A DNA stretch of 64,000 nt from Chrysomallon squamiferum (lineage: Eukaryota; Animalia; Mollusca), in contig CM022667.1 of the NCBI GenBank assembly GCA_012295275.1, forward strand, positions 12,462,001-12,526,000, written 5' to 3'. The notes under the pieces are model-generated. The model saw only the letters and a program-made list of their open reading frames with translations, did no database searches and was not told the DNA's origin. The position numbers and the translations under genes are program-made. Positions 1 to 13,612 of this stretch are shown in pieces (positions within the stretch are counted from its first letter, which is position 1; each line of letters starts with the position of its first letter).

Positions 1-2
1 CA

Positions 3-605
3 AAGACAACGACTACAATAGAGTCGAGGAAAACCTACACTAGCAGTGAGGCACCTGCAGTGAGTCTTTGTTTGTAATAAATGTAAATTTTAGCACAACC
101 ACGAGGTATGTGTACTCTATGTCAAGGTTTTTGAGTGCAGGCAAGAAGTATATATATACTCTATGTTATGGTTTTTGAACAAAACTAATAAACCTATTCA
201 GAGGTTTTATCAGTTAGTTTTGGTTTATTATTGTTTTTATTATTATCATATTATGATGACATTATTGGTTTTTGTTGTATTTTGTTTCTGCTTCTACTTT
301 CTTGTACATCTTTCTTCTTCTTCTTTTTTTTCTTCTTCTTTTTTTCTTCTTCTTCTTTTTCATCTTCTTCTTCTTCTTATTATTATTATTAAAATGTTAT
401 TTTGTAATACTGCTAGTACTGCTGCTACTACAGTTACGATTATTATTGTTATTCCTGTTGTGTTATTATAAATCAGATAAGCAGCGATGATGCTGATGAT
501 GAAGCTAAAGCTATGAAGTTCAGAGAGTGGTATGACAAAGACTTCAGTGAAAGAAGGTCATGGCTTCGAGACCATGTTGAACAGTCAAGAAAAGACAGTG
601 TGTGA
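3..605 (+). CDS. 3' end (last two coding exons) of an unidentified protein-coding gene; 5' part lies outside the window
   Basis: Exon <1..59 reads KTTTTIESRKTYTSSEAPA and ends at donor GTGAGT (60). Acceptor ATCAG ends at 476. Exon 477..605 continues in phase 0 as ISSDDADDEAKAMKFREWYDKDFSERRSWLRDHVEQSRKDSV-stop (TGA 603..605). Several AATAAA follow. Product not recognised. Confidence 0.65.
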
Positions 606-2390
606 TCAAACACCTTCAATAACTAGGTCAGAAAAAAAAAAAAAAAAATATTTTCTGTGTCATGGGGATCTCAGTAACATAATTTTATTAAAGAAATCTA
701 AGCAATATTAATTTACATGAAAACCATTTTGAAAATCTCCTTTTCAAATGTCGTTTGAGAAATCTGATTTAATTTAAAAAGAATTTACAACCAGAACCAG
801 TTCAGGCATGCCTGTTGTCATCCACAAAATGAGGTAAATGACGTTTGAGAAAATGTTGATATATTTTAGTCTAAATTAAATATGAAACAAATGATTTTAT
901 AACATTATTTTAAGAAAGGTATTTTTGATATAAAGTCGTGATGTTATTGTTTGAGTCTGTAATGGCTAGATTTGGTGATAATGGAGATGTTATTTTTAAC
1001 AAAGTTCTTGGAAAAGATCTATATTAATTAAGAAATGAATTGAAAACATAAACACCAAAAATTGTTAAAACAGGGTTTGAATTAACATGGTTTAAACAAA
1101 AGTAATTTAATTAGAAACAACATACTTAAAATATTTAAATGAAAATTCACAATAAAGCTTCTTCTTTTTTATTTTTAATTTTACTTTTATATTATTAGCA
1201 TAATTGAAACAAAATTTCTGTTAAAATAAAGTGTATGAATATTCTATTCACAGTATATTTCACATCTTCAGACTCTAGATGGACATTGCCATAAATCTTT
1301 GTAACATCCATTACATCAAACAATGCTCCACCTGCCATCAGAAAAATTCCAGACAGAAAACGGATGCGAGTCCAACGAAAGAGAATATGGAGTCATTTGT
1401 TTTATTTTACTCTTGTTAATACAATAATCTGTGATATAAAGATAAAAACATCATATGTATACATGTTATTTAATGTTTTTGTTTTAACGTTTTTCAGTTA
1501 TTTATTTTATTTTTTTTTTTCGTAAAATGTGACATTTTGTTTATCTTTAATTGGTTTGAGTTAATTTTTTGAGATAAAATTGTTTAATGTTTTACAATTC
1601 GTGCAAAAAAAGTAACCTGACGTTAAGCATTAGTTATTTTTTTGTACAAAGGTATTCGATACAATTTTTAGGTATTGTTACAGATGGTGCTAAAAATAAA
1701 ATATTATTCTTAAAAGATATAATCACATATTGTGATTGCCATCTTCAATTTGCATAAATAATAATAAAAACAAAATAATGGATTAAAACTTTGTTTTTTC
1801 ATTAAATTTTAATTTTAATTTAATTTATTTGGTTCATGGTCACTTTGCCATGATCAGTGTTAATTTTTATAATTTTTTTTCTTTTTGTTTGATTAATGTA
1901 TCTGTTTACTGTTTTCATTTGTATGTACTGTATATTACAGACTTTTGTATTGTGTTTATTTATAAAAGATTAGAAATCTATATTTTGAGAGTTAAAAAAG
2001 TATTTTTCTAAAATGTATTTTCATTTTATTATATTATATATATATTTACTTGTTACTGTATTATATTTTTTTATTTTTTTTTTATTTTTTGCATTGTAAA
2101 ATATTTAGAAAAATCATATTTTGCTTTACACATGTCATTTTGATCAGACTTTTTCTGATTAAATGCAAAGTATATAATTTGTTTATTGTTGTTATTTATT
2201 TAGCTAATCATCATTATAATCTTCCTCATCAACATCATTATTATCAACATTATTATTATTATTATTATTATTATTTTTATTATTGTTATTATTATTATTA
2301 TTGGTTCGTAACTTATAATTTGTTATCACAAAGAGGATTGTGTGAATATTTTACCAGTTTATACACTTCATGAACAAAAATAAAAAATAA

Positions 2391-2421
<31 letters not shown>

Positions 2422-3465
2422 AAAATAAGTAAATAATGGTCTTGAAAAGAAAGTTCAGGCCTGTTTTCTAACTCAAGTTTTTATCTACCTCTGTACCAAG
2501 AATTCCGAACAGAGGTAAATTTACCATAGCAGTTTCTTTTTCCTTCTGTTCTTCCATACACTGAACACTTAGTTGTTTGTAAATATTTGAAATAAAGCTG
2601 TCACTATCATGACAACTTAATAATGTTAAAACTAGAAAAGTATTTATTATCATTTTGTTATGCAGCAGGCATTCCCAACTTTTTTCATCCCATTTATCCT
2701 TGGCAACTTTTTAAAAGAGAAATTCACTCTGCTTTCATCAGTAATTTGAAATTATACATCTACCGTAATAAAGCAACCATTTATTAATAATTATATTCCT
2801 TGTAATTATGAGTTGAATACGTTTTGTTAAATATTGTCAAAAATGAATTTAGAAAACTAAATATTACATAAATAAATTGTGACTACCCTGAGGTATTAAA
2901 AACACATAACTGTCTCTTCAAACTTTTCTCACTTTACATCAATTAATTCAGGCTTTTCAACTTTGAGTTATGATGAAAAAACATATGGATGGTTCATTTT
3001 AAGATTAAAGTATTCAATTCAATCAGTTACTTTTGAAACAAATATTATAATGACATATGGTTTTTTTTCGTTTTTATTATGTACAATGGTTTTTTTCTCA
3101 CAATAACAAAAAAGGTAACAAGCAAACAAATATACAGAGAAACAAAAAACGTAAAAGAGAAAACATTTTTATTTTTTAATACATGTAAATATAAAATATC
3201 ACTTAGGTTTACACTAAATTTCAAACTTGCATTTGAATAAATATATATGATGTATTCGTCAAATTGTGTTGAAAAAATATAACAATGAATAAATAAATAA
3301 ATTTTCATAATAATTTTATTTATTTATCTTACATGAAAACAAATTGGGGATGTGTATAACAATATGTTACAAATTTTTAATTATTTCCTGTAAAGTATCA
3401 TTTGTTAACAAAATATATTTATTTAAAACACAATGCGTACGTATTATTAGTATTATTTATTTATT

Positions 3466-3537
<72 letters not shown>

Positions 3538-4244
3538 CTTGTATCTCTAATTATAACGCCTATTTGTTGCATGTAAAATACTGAGATATTTGGTTGTATC
3601 TCTAATTATTTTTAGGTCCAGTAAACGTATTCCATGAAGTTTGAAAATATTAATTTTTGCATGTGAAATACTGAGATAACATTTGGTCAGTTGTCTGTAA
3701 ATATTTAAATATTGTAAACTTATATCTTTTAATTCAGCAATATCATGAAAAACATCTGATTAAATTTACAACAAAAAAAAAAAAAAAAAAAAAAAAAAAG
3801 AAAAGAAACAGTGAACTATAACAACCTTTTATTATATTTTTCTTTATATTATAATATATATCCATATAAATAAAAATTCTTTGACACGATATTCCAGCAA
3901 TAATTATACGAGTTTTTCTAAGGGAGAGTACTCTATAGCAAAAATCTAGGGCACCAAATACTGAATCGTTTTCTTTTATATTAAACATTTATTTTGTATA
4001 CACTCATAAATATTTATGCCAATTATATTTACATCTGTTGTTATATTAATTTAGTTCGAGAAGGAAGCTCTCGAAAACCAACGCCGATTAATCTGTCGTC
4101 TGCGTTGCAAATCCTTCTGCCTGAACGACTTTTTTTTTGTATTGGGATATTGAACCGGTTTCGGAACGGTCGATTTTCGCTGTACGGTTTCAAACGGTTA
4201 ATAAATCTGTAATACGTCTGGACAACAAATTAATATTATTATTA

Positions 4245-7200
4245 TCATCTGTCGCTGGTAGAGGCCCCAGCTGCCGGGGACTCAGCCTGATGAGCCTTTG
4301 CTGCCAGTCGCAGAACTATAATGTCCTCGTATCCCTGCAAACCCACGATGACCTTGAATCCGTCTGGGGACAAGACAGCGCATGTCAGTGAGGAATCGAA
4401 GGTGAAGGATGTCAGGAGACAACCTAGAAAATAAAAACGAAGTAATGAAATAAAAATTATTCCAGATAATTTTATTTTGGAAATGTTGAAGAATAATGTC
4501 TGAAGATCTTGTTTTCTTCCTTGAAAATAGTCAGTCGGTCACTGGTAATAAATAAATAAATAAATATATATATACATATAGATCTATATATATTGATCAT
4601 GATCATTATTACTAATACTGATATTATTTACATACACATTTGTATATGTTTCACAAAACTCTTGCATTAAAATTCAACATGATTACATTAAATTAAATAA
4701 TTCCCAAAAATCTAAATATTCTGCATGCTAAAATGCTAACAGTTCGTTTAAACATAATAAAGCTAAACATTTATAAATAAATAATAAAAACTTAAGTTTA
4801 AAGTGAAGTCGTTTTCTGTCAAAAATTGTTCAAGATTAAGCTGTATTAGTTAATTTGTTGTTGTTACAAGGTCAGTAGTGTGTATGTCTGTGTGTATGTG
4901 TGTTTCTTTTTAAATGAATTAGATACCTTTCTGATAGTCCCACAGGCAGACAGTTCGTGCCTCGGGATTTTTGTTCATTCCCACATAGTAAGTGATACAA
5001 ACAGGACTTCCACTAGCCAGTACCAGACTGTTACAGCAAGAACCCACTCCACGCACGTAAAATCTAAATAGACAACACATTTAAATACTGGTAAATCATA
5101 GCAATATATATATATTCAGATTCTACCTGTGATATAAAGAAGAATCCGAATGGGGTATAAACAAGCAAAATTTAGACAAAGGGAAAATTTTGTTATTACG
5201 CATAACCGTTGTTCAAAAAAATAAAAAAAAAATAAAAAAAAAATAAAAAAATAAAAAAAATAATAATAATAATAATAATAACTAGAAAACGATAGAGAAA
5301 TAAAATGTTACAGTTCAAAAGGCAAGGGATAATATAAACATTAAAAAAAAAATAATAATAATAATAACAATAATTCTATGAAAATAGAAAGAAAGAATTA
5401 ACGGAAGAATGGTGTGAATGATAACAGTAGCTAACGAAAGAATAAAATGACGAAAGTTCAAAAACAAGTCATGAAAAAGAATGATGGAATGACGAAGTAC
5501 ATGGAAAAAAAAGCCCAGAAAAAACCCTCGATAAGTACAAACTTACTTATTGTGTCCAGACACCAGATCCCAGACAAGAAAGTCACCTGTCTCAAGACCA
5601 CTGACCACACAACGCAGCTGGACATTAGTGGACAGACATGTTGTATTGCGTGACGTTTTCATCACCTTGAACAACTGACCGCTTATTAAGTCATATACTG
5701 CTAGAAAGTTGGGATTGTCTGACTCCAGTTCCTGTATACAATGATGTAATGAATGATTTAATAATAAACGTTTGAGCAAATGTAATTTAATTTAATTTGA
5801 AAAACAGTTGTACGGATGTTAATTCATAATAATAATAATAATAAGAAGAAGAACAACAAGAAGAAGAAGAAGAAGAAGAAGAAGAAGAAGGTGAAGGTGA
5901 AGGAGGAGGACTAAATGAAAAGAGATCATTGAAGAAAAGGAAAAGCAACAGTGCTATTAGCACTCACTTACCACGCATGCGCAAACCACATAATGACCGT
6001 CACTGGTTACGTCTGCGATGGTCGTGATGAACTCGTGTTGCGCCATGCGAAGGTCGTGAACCAGTCTGCTTTCTTTCAGATTCCAGACGAGGAGAGGCGA
6101 CGGTTTCTGAGTAGCGTCTCCGCAAACGAGAACGTTTCCGTTCTTGCTCACTAGCAGACTGTTAAGAAATCGATCCTCGCCTGCTTTGAACGTGGCCACC
6201 ATTTCCCCCGAGGCGATGTCCAGCACGTTGATGTACATTCTGTTTCTGGACAGCGCAACAACGCTTTCCGTGTTCGGCACACTGAACAGAGGCATTTTCA
6301 AGTTGAGCACGCCTCGCAGGTTCCTGATCGCCTGGTCCTGTTCCAGGTCGTACACCTTCAGCTCTCTGTCACAGAGTATCACAGCTCTCGTCTCGTCGAT
6401 CATGGACAGCGCTCTGGGATGGTTCAAGTTGCTCAGTGTCTTCACCTGCTCCCCGGAATTTAAGTCCCAGATAACGATTTCTCCTTTCTCTTCAAACAAG
6501 CTCGCGATGTGCTGGCCTCCAGGTCTGATCAAATAAAGATTACAAGGAGCTTCTCCCGAGCATTCAGCTAGTCTGTCGGCTTCTTTTATGTCACGCGCCA
6601 GACAGAGTTTAGAAGGAACCATGTAAGGTACTTTCGATGATCGACAGATATTAAACAGTTTTGCTATCTTTGGTAACCGTTTGGCATCCTGCATCACGGA
6701 ACGTAGTCGAATTATGAGCTGAGAATAGATCTGACTTCCGTCCATGTCCAAAGCCTGATGGGATAGCCACACTACTTGTATCACGGTTTCCAAGTCGAGG
6801 CTGTCGTCCCCATCATTTTCCGTCTGCACAAATTTCAACACCTGACAGACGTGGACGGTGGAGGTGGTATTAATACTGACGGCTAACCAGGCAGGGTTGA
6901 AAATAAAAGAATCGAGAAGTTTTCTGTCTTTGTTTTTTGCGCTCAGGATGCTGTGGTATGGCAGTTCGTGCAGAAGGTGTGGTGGCTTTATCACAGCTGG
7001 TTTCGAGTCACTGAAAATCGTGTTGTTTACGTACGATTCGTTCCACTGTTTGACGAGATAATCACAGAGAAGCTTGTGAGCAGAGGCGACGTCCTCGGCA
7101 GACGACACGTAGCGTTCTCGCGCCAACGTCTTCAGACTGTCGCTTGTCCACATGTAAACAATCGTCCCTTTGTGATGACACCCGGTCAAGAAAGGCAACA

Positions 7201-8170
7201 TACAGCATCTAACTCCTTGCCAAATGCTTCTTGCAAAATGTGCAACGACTGCATCGTCAGCACCCGACGAGGTCAACGATTTCACGTCTGCTAACAGGTC
7301 TGTAATGGCAGAGCTTGTCAAACCGTCCCTCACCGTCCCAAGAAGGCTCATGACTCGTCTGACAAGCTCTTGTCCAAACTGTCCTTCGACCAGCGTGAAA
7401 AACCTCTCCGATATTGTTCTGATATTCTCAGCGTTTGTTTCGTCATCACTGACATCAGAATGGTCCTGCAAGTTGTCGTCTGGACTATCACATATTAGTG
7501 GGTTTGACATGGCTCTCATAAATTTACTGTCTTCTCCACAGTAGCCTGGTAGTTCAACGAAACAGTCTTCTTCACAGAACTGTCGTATAAAAGAAGAAAA
7601 AAAATAATAATAATAATAATAACGACAATAACTGTAATATCACCGTTCTGGGTATTTCTATTTCGTCTTGTTCCCTAAGAAATAATTATGACAATAAAGT
7701 AAGAATAACAATAAATAAAAAAATATATAAATAAATAAATAATTTTAAAAAAACCCCAAAGAAAACACACACACCCAGACCCACACATACACACCTAACT
7801 AACATACTATATATGAATCCATGCATTTTTAATGCCCCTAGCAGAAATACATTATTTTGTTCTTATATCCAGCATAAACTAATTATCAATCGCTGAAATA
7901 TTCATAGTTCCACTGTTTATTTTTCATGATCATAATAAATTTAAAAAATCTTGCCTCTGTCTGAATACGCTCTACGATTTCCTTTCCATGAACAGTGATG
8001 ATCATTTTCACATGAAGAGGAAGTAGCTTGGGAAACCAATTTCCTGTGTCTGCGGTCACATGATCTAACAGAATAACCAATGGTTGATTGTCTTTAGCAA
8101 GATCGAGGAGAGTCTGAAACGCGGCCTTTTTCGAACATATAGGAAACGGTCTTCGAGGCAACTAAATGAC

Positions 8171-8205
<35 letters not shown>

Positions 8206-8852
8206 CAACTAGATTAGCCTTACTATTTTACATATTTTACTTTGAATTGTTGAATATTACATTATTTATATACAAAGAAAAATAAATAAATAAAACAATA
8301 AAATAAAATAAAATAAAATAAAATTAAATAAAATTAAATTAAATTAAATTAATTAAATTGAATTAAATTAAATTATACATAATTGATTTAAATTAAATTA
8401 AATTAAATTTTAAACTAAATTAAACTAAATTTTAAAAAGCCAGCTTTGTTCGAATTCGGGTTTATACAGAAACGCTGAAAAGCTTTGTCAATAAAATGAA
8501 CTTGTTTTACCTCTTCTTTAAACGGGTTAAAACTACATTCATTCAAATAGTCCACCTGCTGAATTAGACTGTGGAACACACTGAACATATCACAGGAATA
8601 TGGCGTCATTCCACAAAAGCGCATCAAAATGGCCGCTTCCGGTAACAGTCTCGAGGACTCGGTCGCCATTTTGGCAATGACGCTCGATTTTCCGCATCCG
8701 GGCGGACCGTGAAGCACTATGGGATGTCGCGCGGCGTCATCCAAGAGGTAGCTACTGAGTTTGGTTATCACAGACGAGTTAACTTCGTTCGAAAACGACT
8801 GACACAGACGCTGTTGTTGTAGCAGTTCGTTGTACAGCCTCTCGTTGATACC

Positions 8853-8883
<31 letters not shown>

Positions 8884-9523
8884 TTATCTCGTAATAATCC
8901 AATTCTTTTATTTTTATGTTCTGAAAATTCATAATTTGAGAATGTAAATATATAGCTATTTTGCTAAATAGGAAGAAGAAGAAGACATATATTTTTTTTT
9001 TTTTTTTTTAAATATATGTTTTCCGTACTATCGTTTTTGAATTTAATTATTATTATTGTAAAGGTTGTTGTTGATTTTAAACCGTAAATAAATTATTATT
9101 TTTTGAACTGAAACATGAATTAGTATTATAAACTGTTTTTGTTGCACAAATTTAAATAAATAAATAAATTAATTAAAAATAAATAAATAAAGATTATTTC
9201 ATTTGACATAAATATATGTATAATTGTTTGCAGTGGTAATAGTAGCATTGCAGGTGTTGTTGTTAAATTAATGATTAACTGAATGACAAATCAGTAGTAT
9301 AAACTGTTGTTAAGTATAAATAAATTAATAAAAGTAAATAAGTAAATTTATTGCTTTGATGGAGGGTATAATTGTTTGCAGTGGTAATAGTAGTAGTAGA
9401 TAACTGCATAGTAGTAATAGCAGTAGTAATAATGATAGTAGTAGTAGTAGAGTGGAAGAAAAAGTAAAACACTAGTAGTAGTAGTACAGTAGTAGTAGTA
9501 GAGAGTAGAGTAGAATGAGAGAG

Positions 9524-9617
<94 letters not shown>

Positions 9618-10895
9618 AATTTGAACGACCGATTTATAAACCAAGTCATTTCTACCCTTAAGACTTTTCAATTAAGCTATTATAATCACTATAAAATATT
9701 TTTATGTTATTAAGATATATAAAAATATCGACTGAGGGCGACTCCCACGCCTATCCGCACTAATTAATACCTGTATCGCTATTTCTGTAACAAAGGAAAA
9801 AAAAAAATTAATTATGATATTAAAAAAGAAAGAAAAACCGATATAGTACAATGGACCCTAGCAGAATATACATCAACACTTCTATTTTTGAAATATATGA
9901 CCAAAGAAAGTCATTAATATCAAGAAAAAAATTATTATCATTGTGAATATCATATATTACAGCTCAAGAAGACGAACATCATCATCATCATAATCATCAC
10001 CATCTCATCATCGTAATCATAATCATGGTCAATACTGCATCATTAAATCAACAGCAGCTTTTTCTTTCGATCTTCAGAGCCAATATTTTGTATTTCCCGT
10101 TCTAGGCAAGGCCTCACGATATGTATTTAATGAATAGGTTCGTTCCGTGATGTCAATATGCTAAAAAGTAATACCCTCCACACTTCTGTGCTATAAGAAG
10201 AATGCATAAAATGGCGATCCAATGTTACTCACTTAGCAGTTTTATTTATTAAAATGTTTCGAGGTGTCTCTTAATATTTTTTTTTATATACTCGACAGAC
10301 CCCCCGCAAAAAAAAAAAAAAAAAAAATCCTTCGATATTTGATTTTCGAACTGCTGTCTTCTAACGTCGTTAAAAACGGAACAGAGCAAATTATCACATT
10401 TGACAATTAACACTTGTTTTCGCTAGTGAAAGTCTGCCATTGATTTTCACAAATCTGTCATCTGCTAATGGTCTGTTTGTTCGAACATAACGAGTAATTA
10501 GCGTGAACTCGATGTATGCAACTCACATGACACCGCCTCCTTTGTAGTCATTGTTTACTGTGTTAATATATCCGTGTAGTTAAACCTATTCTGAGATACA
10601 ATAACAGGAACACAATACAAAATTGTTATTGCAAATTAACAGTATTAACTAACGTAATAATCCAATTATTTCGTTTTTATGTTATGAAGTTTGAGAATAT
10701 AGCCAAATATTATACATAACAGAAAAAAAAGAAAAAAAAAAGAAAAAAAAAAAGAGCATTTCATAAAGTTGTTGTTTAAATAATAATAATTTTTTTTCCC
10801 TTGTTTAATTGTTTGTGGTTATATTTCATGTATGAAAGGAGTGTTCGTTATTGATGTAGTTAAATCTATTATTATTGCTTAGTTGTCATTGTTGT

Positions 10896-10928
<33 letters not shown>

Positions 10929-11725
10929 TTTTCATCATCATTATCATCAACTTATTCTTCTTATTATTACTAGTAGTAGTACTAGTGAATACTATTACCT
11001 GTATATTTATTGTACGTCGATTTGTCTTCAGCATCCAGGTGTTCGCTAATAATCTGACGCGCGAGCGATTCAACGTCTGTTGTAAATCTGTCCAAATACT
11101 CGCGGTCCTCAATCGCCTCGTTGAGGTCTCGCTCCACAGATTTCCATTTCAGGCTGTGTCTAACAACATTTGTTCCCGGGATGACCGACTCCACGAATTC
11201 TTTCAGCTGGTGAATCTTCGTCTGGGAATGTTTGTCCATTTCTCCTTCGTTCAAGTTGAAGTATTTGGATGTCGTGTTGTCTTGACAACGAACAAAGTTC
11301 CTGTTCACCATGATGACGTGCGAGGGCTGAATCGTGTCAGAGGTCAAAGTTGCCATAATTTCGTCTTCTTGAGCTGCAGTATATAATAAAGAATATTAAA
11401 AATAGAGCGATATTTCCAATAAGAAGCTGTTCTTTAACTGAATAATGTAGTTTTGAAAGAATATGTGTATGTATGTATGTATGTATGTATGTATGTATAT
11501 ATATATATATATGTACGTACGTATGTATGTATGCGTGCAAATATTTTCGTATTATTATTGTTTTATTGCTACTGCTGTGCTATTATTACTACTAGCATTA
11601 CCACCACGAACACTTTTATTTAAATTAATTTTCGTATTATTATTGTTTTATTGCTACTAATATTAATATTACTATCAGTAGTATCATTACATACACTATA
11701 AATATCATTATCACTGCTGCTACTG

Positions 11726-11760
<35 letters not shown>

Positions 11761-11824
11761 GCTACTACTATAAGCACCATTATCACTGCTACTACTACTA
11801 CTACTATAAGCACCATTATCACTG

Positions 11825-11876
<52 letters not shown>

Positions 11877-12611
11877 CACTACCACTACCACCAACACCGC
11901 CTTTATCACGATCAGTTTTGTTGGTGTCACTTTTGTCACTGCTTTCGATAATTTCATCAATACTACTTCCATACAGAATAATCAATTTATTCTTCTTTCC
12001 TGATTATTAGGAAAACAAAATAATAAACCCTATCACCTTCTTAGTATGATTTTTAAACCTGTTTTTTTTTTAAAGCTGATATTTTAAAATGAACTGATTC
12101 CGTATAAAGAACATTTAATATCAGTGTTTCGCTTTGATGTGCTTCGATTGAGTTTATCTTCACTGAAAACATCGATCAGTTTCTCTAAGATCCGAATTAA
12201 AAGTGCAGCATCATTACAGACATTTAAAACAAGTTAAAACAAAGGAAAAAGACCAGTAAAATAGTTCATTTATAGAAGACGTTTTTATGTACGAATAAAA
12301 AATAAACATGGAAAAAAGTATGTCTTTGTCTTAATCTGTTGGTTCTTATGAGACTTTTTTTTTTTGTTTGTTAATTTTTGGTTATTTGGATTGTTTGTTT
12401 TTATTAATAACACAAGTTATAAATAAATAAATAAATAAATATATAAATATAATAAAATAAAATAAAATAAGAAATAAAAAATATTAAAAAACAAATAAAA
12501 ATTAATGATAAAAAAGAACACACAAACCCCCAACGAAAAATCAACAAAAACAAACAAAAATAAAAGAATAAAAAATAATTTAAAAATAGTAATAAATAAA
12601 TAAATAAATAA

Positions 12612-12658
<47 letters not shown>

Positions 12659-12769
12659 AATAAAAATAAATAAATAAATAAAATAAAATAAAATTAAAAA
12701 AAAAAATAAAATTAAAAATAGAAATAAATATATATATATATACTTAAGTACGTAAGTAAATAAAAAAAA

Positions 12770-12800
<31 letters not shown>

Positions 12801-13573
12801 AATAAAATAAAAACCAAATAATAATAAACATTTCGGATTTCGGAGGTTTTCAGGATTTTTCAGTTTGGGAATATGATTTCATATCTTTCTGATGGTGAAG
12901 GTAAACATAAGAAGGTAAACAGTATTCCAAAATCAATCATTATAAATAAAAAAAAAGAAACAGCAATCAATATCATAATATGCTGAGGTGTCAATTGATT
13001 CCTTCGAAAACGGTATATATTTTTTATATTTTATTACATCCTGCATGATGTTAATGTAGCCAAAAAAGAATTCGAAAAAGTAAATTAATGGTAAAGAGTT
13101 CATTCTACAAGACTGTCTCAAACTGTAATAATATATATATTATTTTTGCAGAGTAAGAAACACTAAGCAACAATAAGAAAACGGCACTCCCCAAGCTTTA
13201 TAATAGCCCGATTGTATTACTGTCAAACTTTATTATTTGCAAAGGACAGTAGCTATAAATGAAATATTCACTTGGATGTATAACTAATGTGTTAATGTTG
13301 TTTGCTCGCACCAGAACAAATTAACTATAACAACACAGCCATGTCTCAAACATACTTTCTAACGTCAGGTATCCTAGCAACGGTATTGTTTTCTTAGTTA
13401 CTTTTTATTTTTAATCATTATTAATAGATTCACGAAAGGCAAATTCTAAGCAGATCCCCAGTAATTTTGTGTCATTTTTTACTGGTTTGTCATTGAATGT
13501 TTGATTTGGCATTGCATATCAGAGCTCCGTGTGAATGAGAGAACTGAGAGAAAGAGAGAAACACATACACACT

Positions 13574-13612
<39 letters not shown>

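Noticed and set aside
2665-2890. Possible hAT MITE starting CAGGCATTCCCAAC
   Set aside because: The candidate right end (GACTACCCTG) matches poorly and there is no TSD.
5951-7544. + strand ORFs overlapping the large NWD exon (likewise 36356-37288 over the UNC-93 exon)
   Set aside because: Antisense shadows of real coding exons; no independent protein features.
11620-11985. Ser-rich 121-aa ORF as a missing NWD exon
   Set aside because: Mostly a (TAG)n repeat translation, with no suitable splice sites or family similarity.
13356-13373. 18-nt microexon candidate (TTGCTAG|GATACCTGACGTTAGAAA|GTATGT) in NWD intron 4
   Set aside because: Length is 3n, so it cannot repair the exon4/5 phase mismatch, and it would interrupt the LLSAQEDEI motif; no other support.
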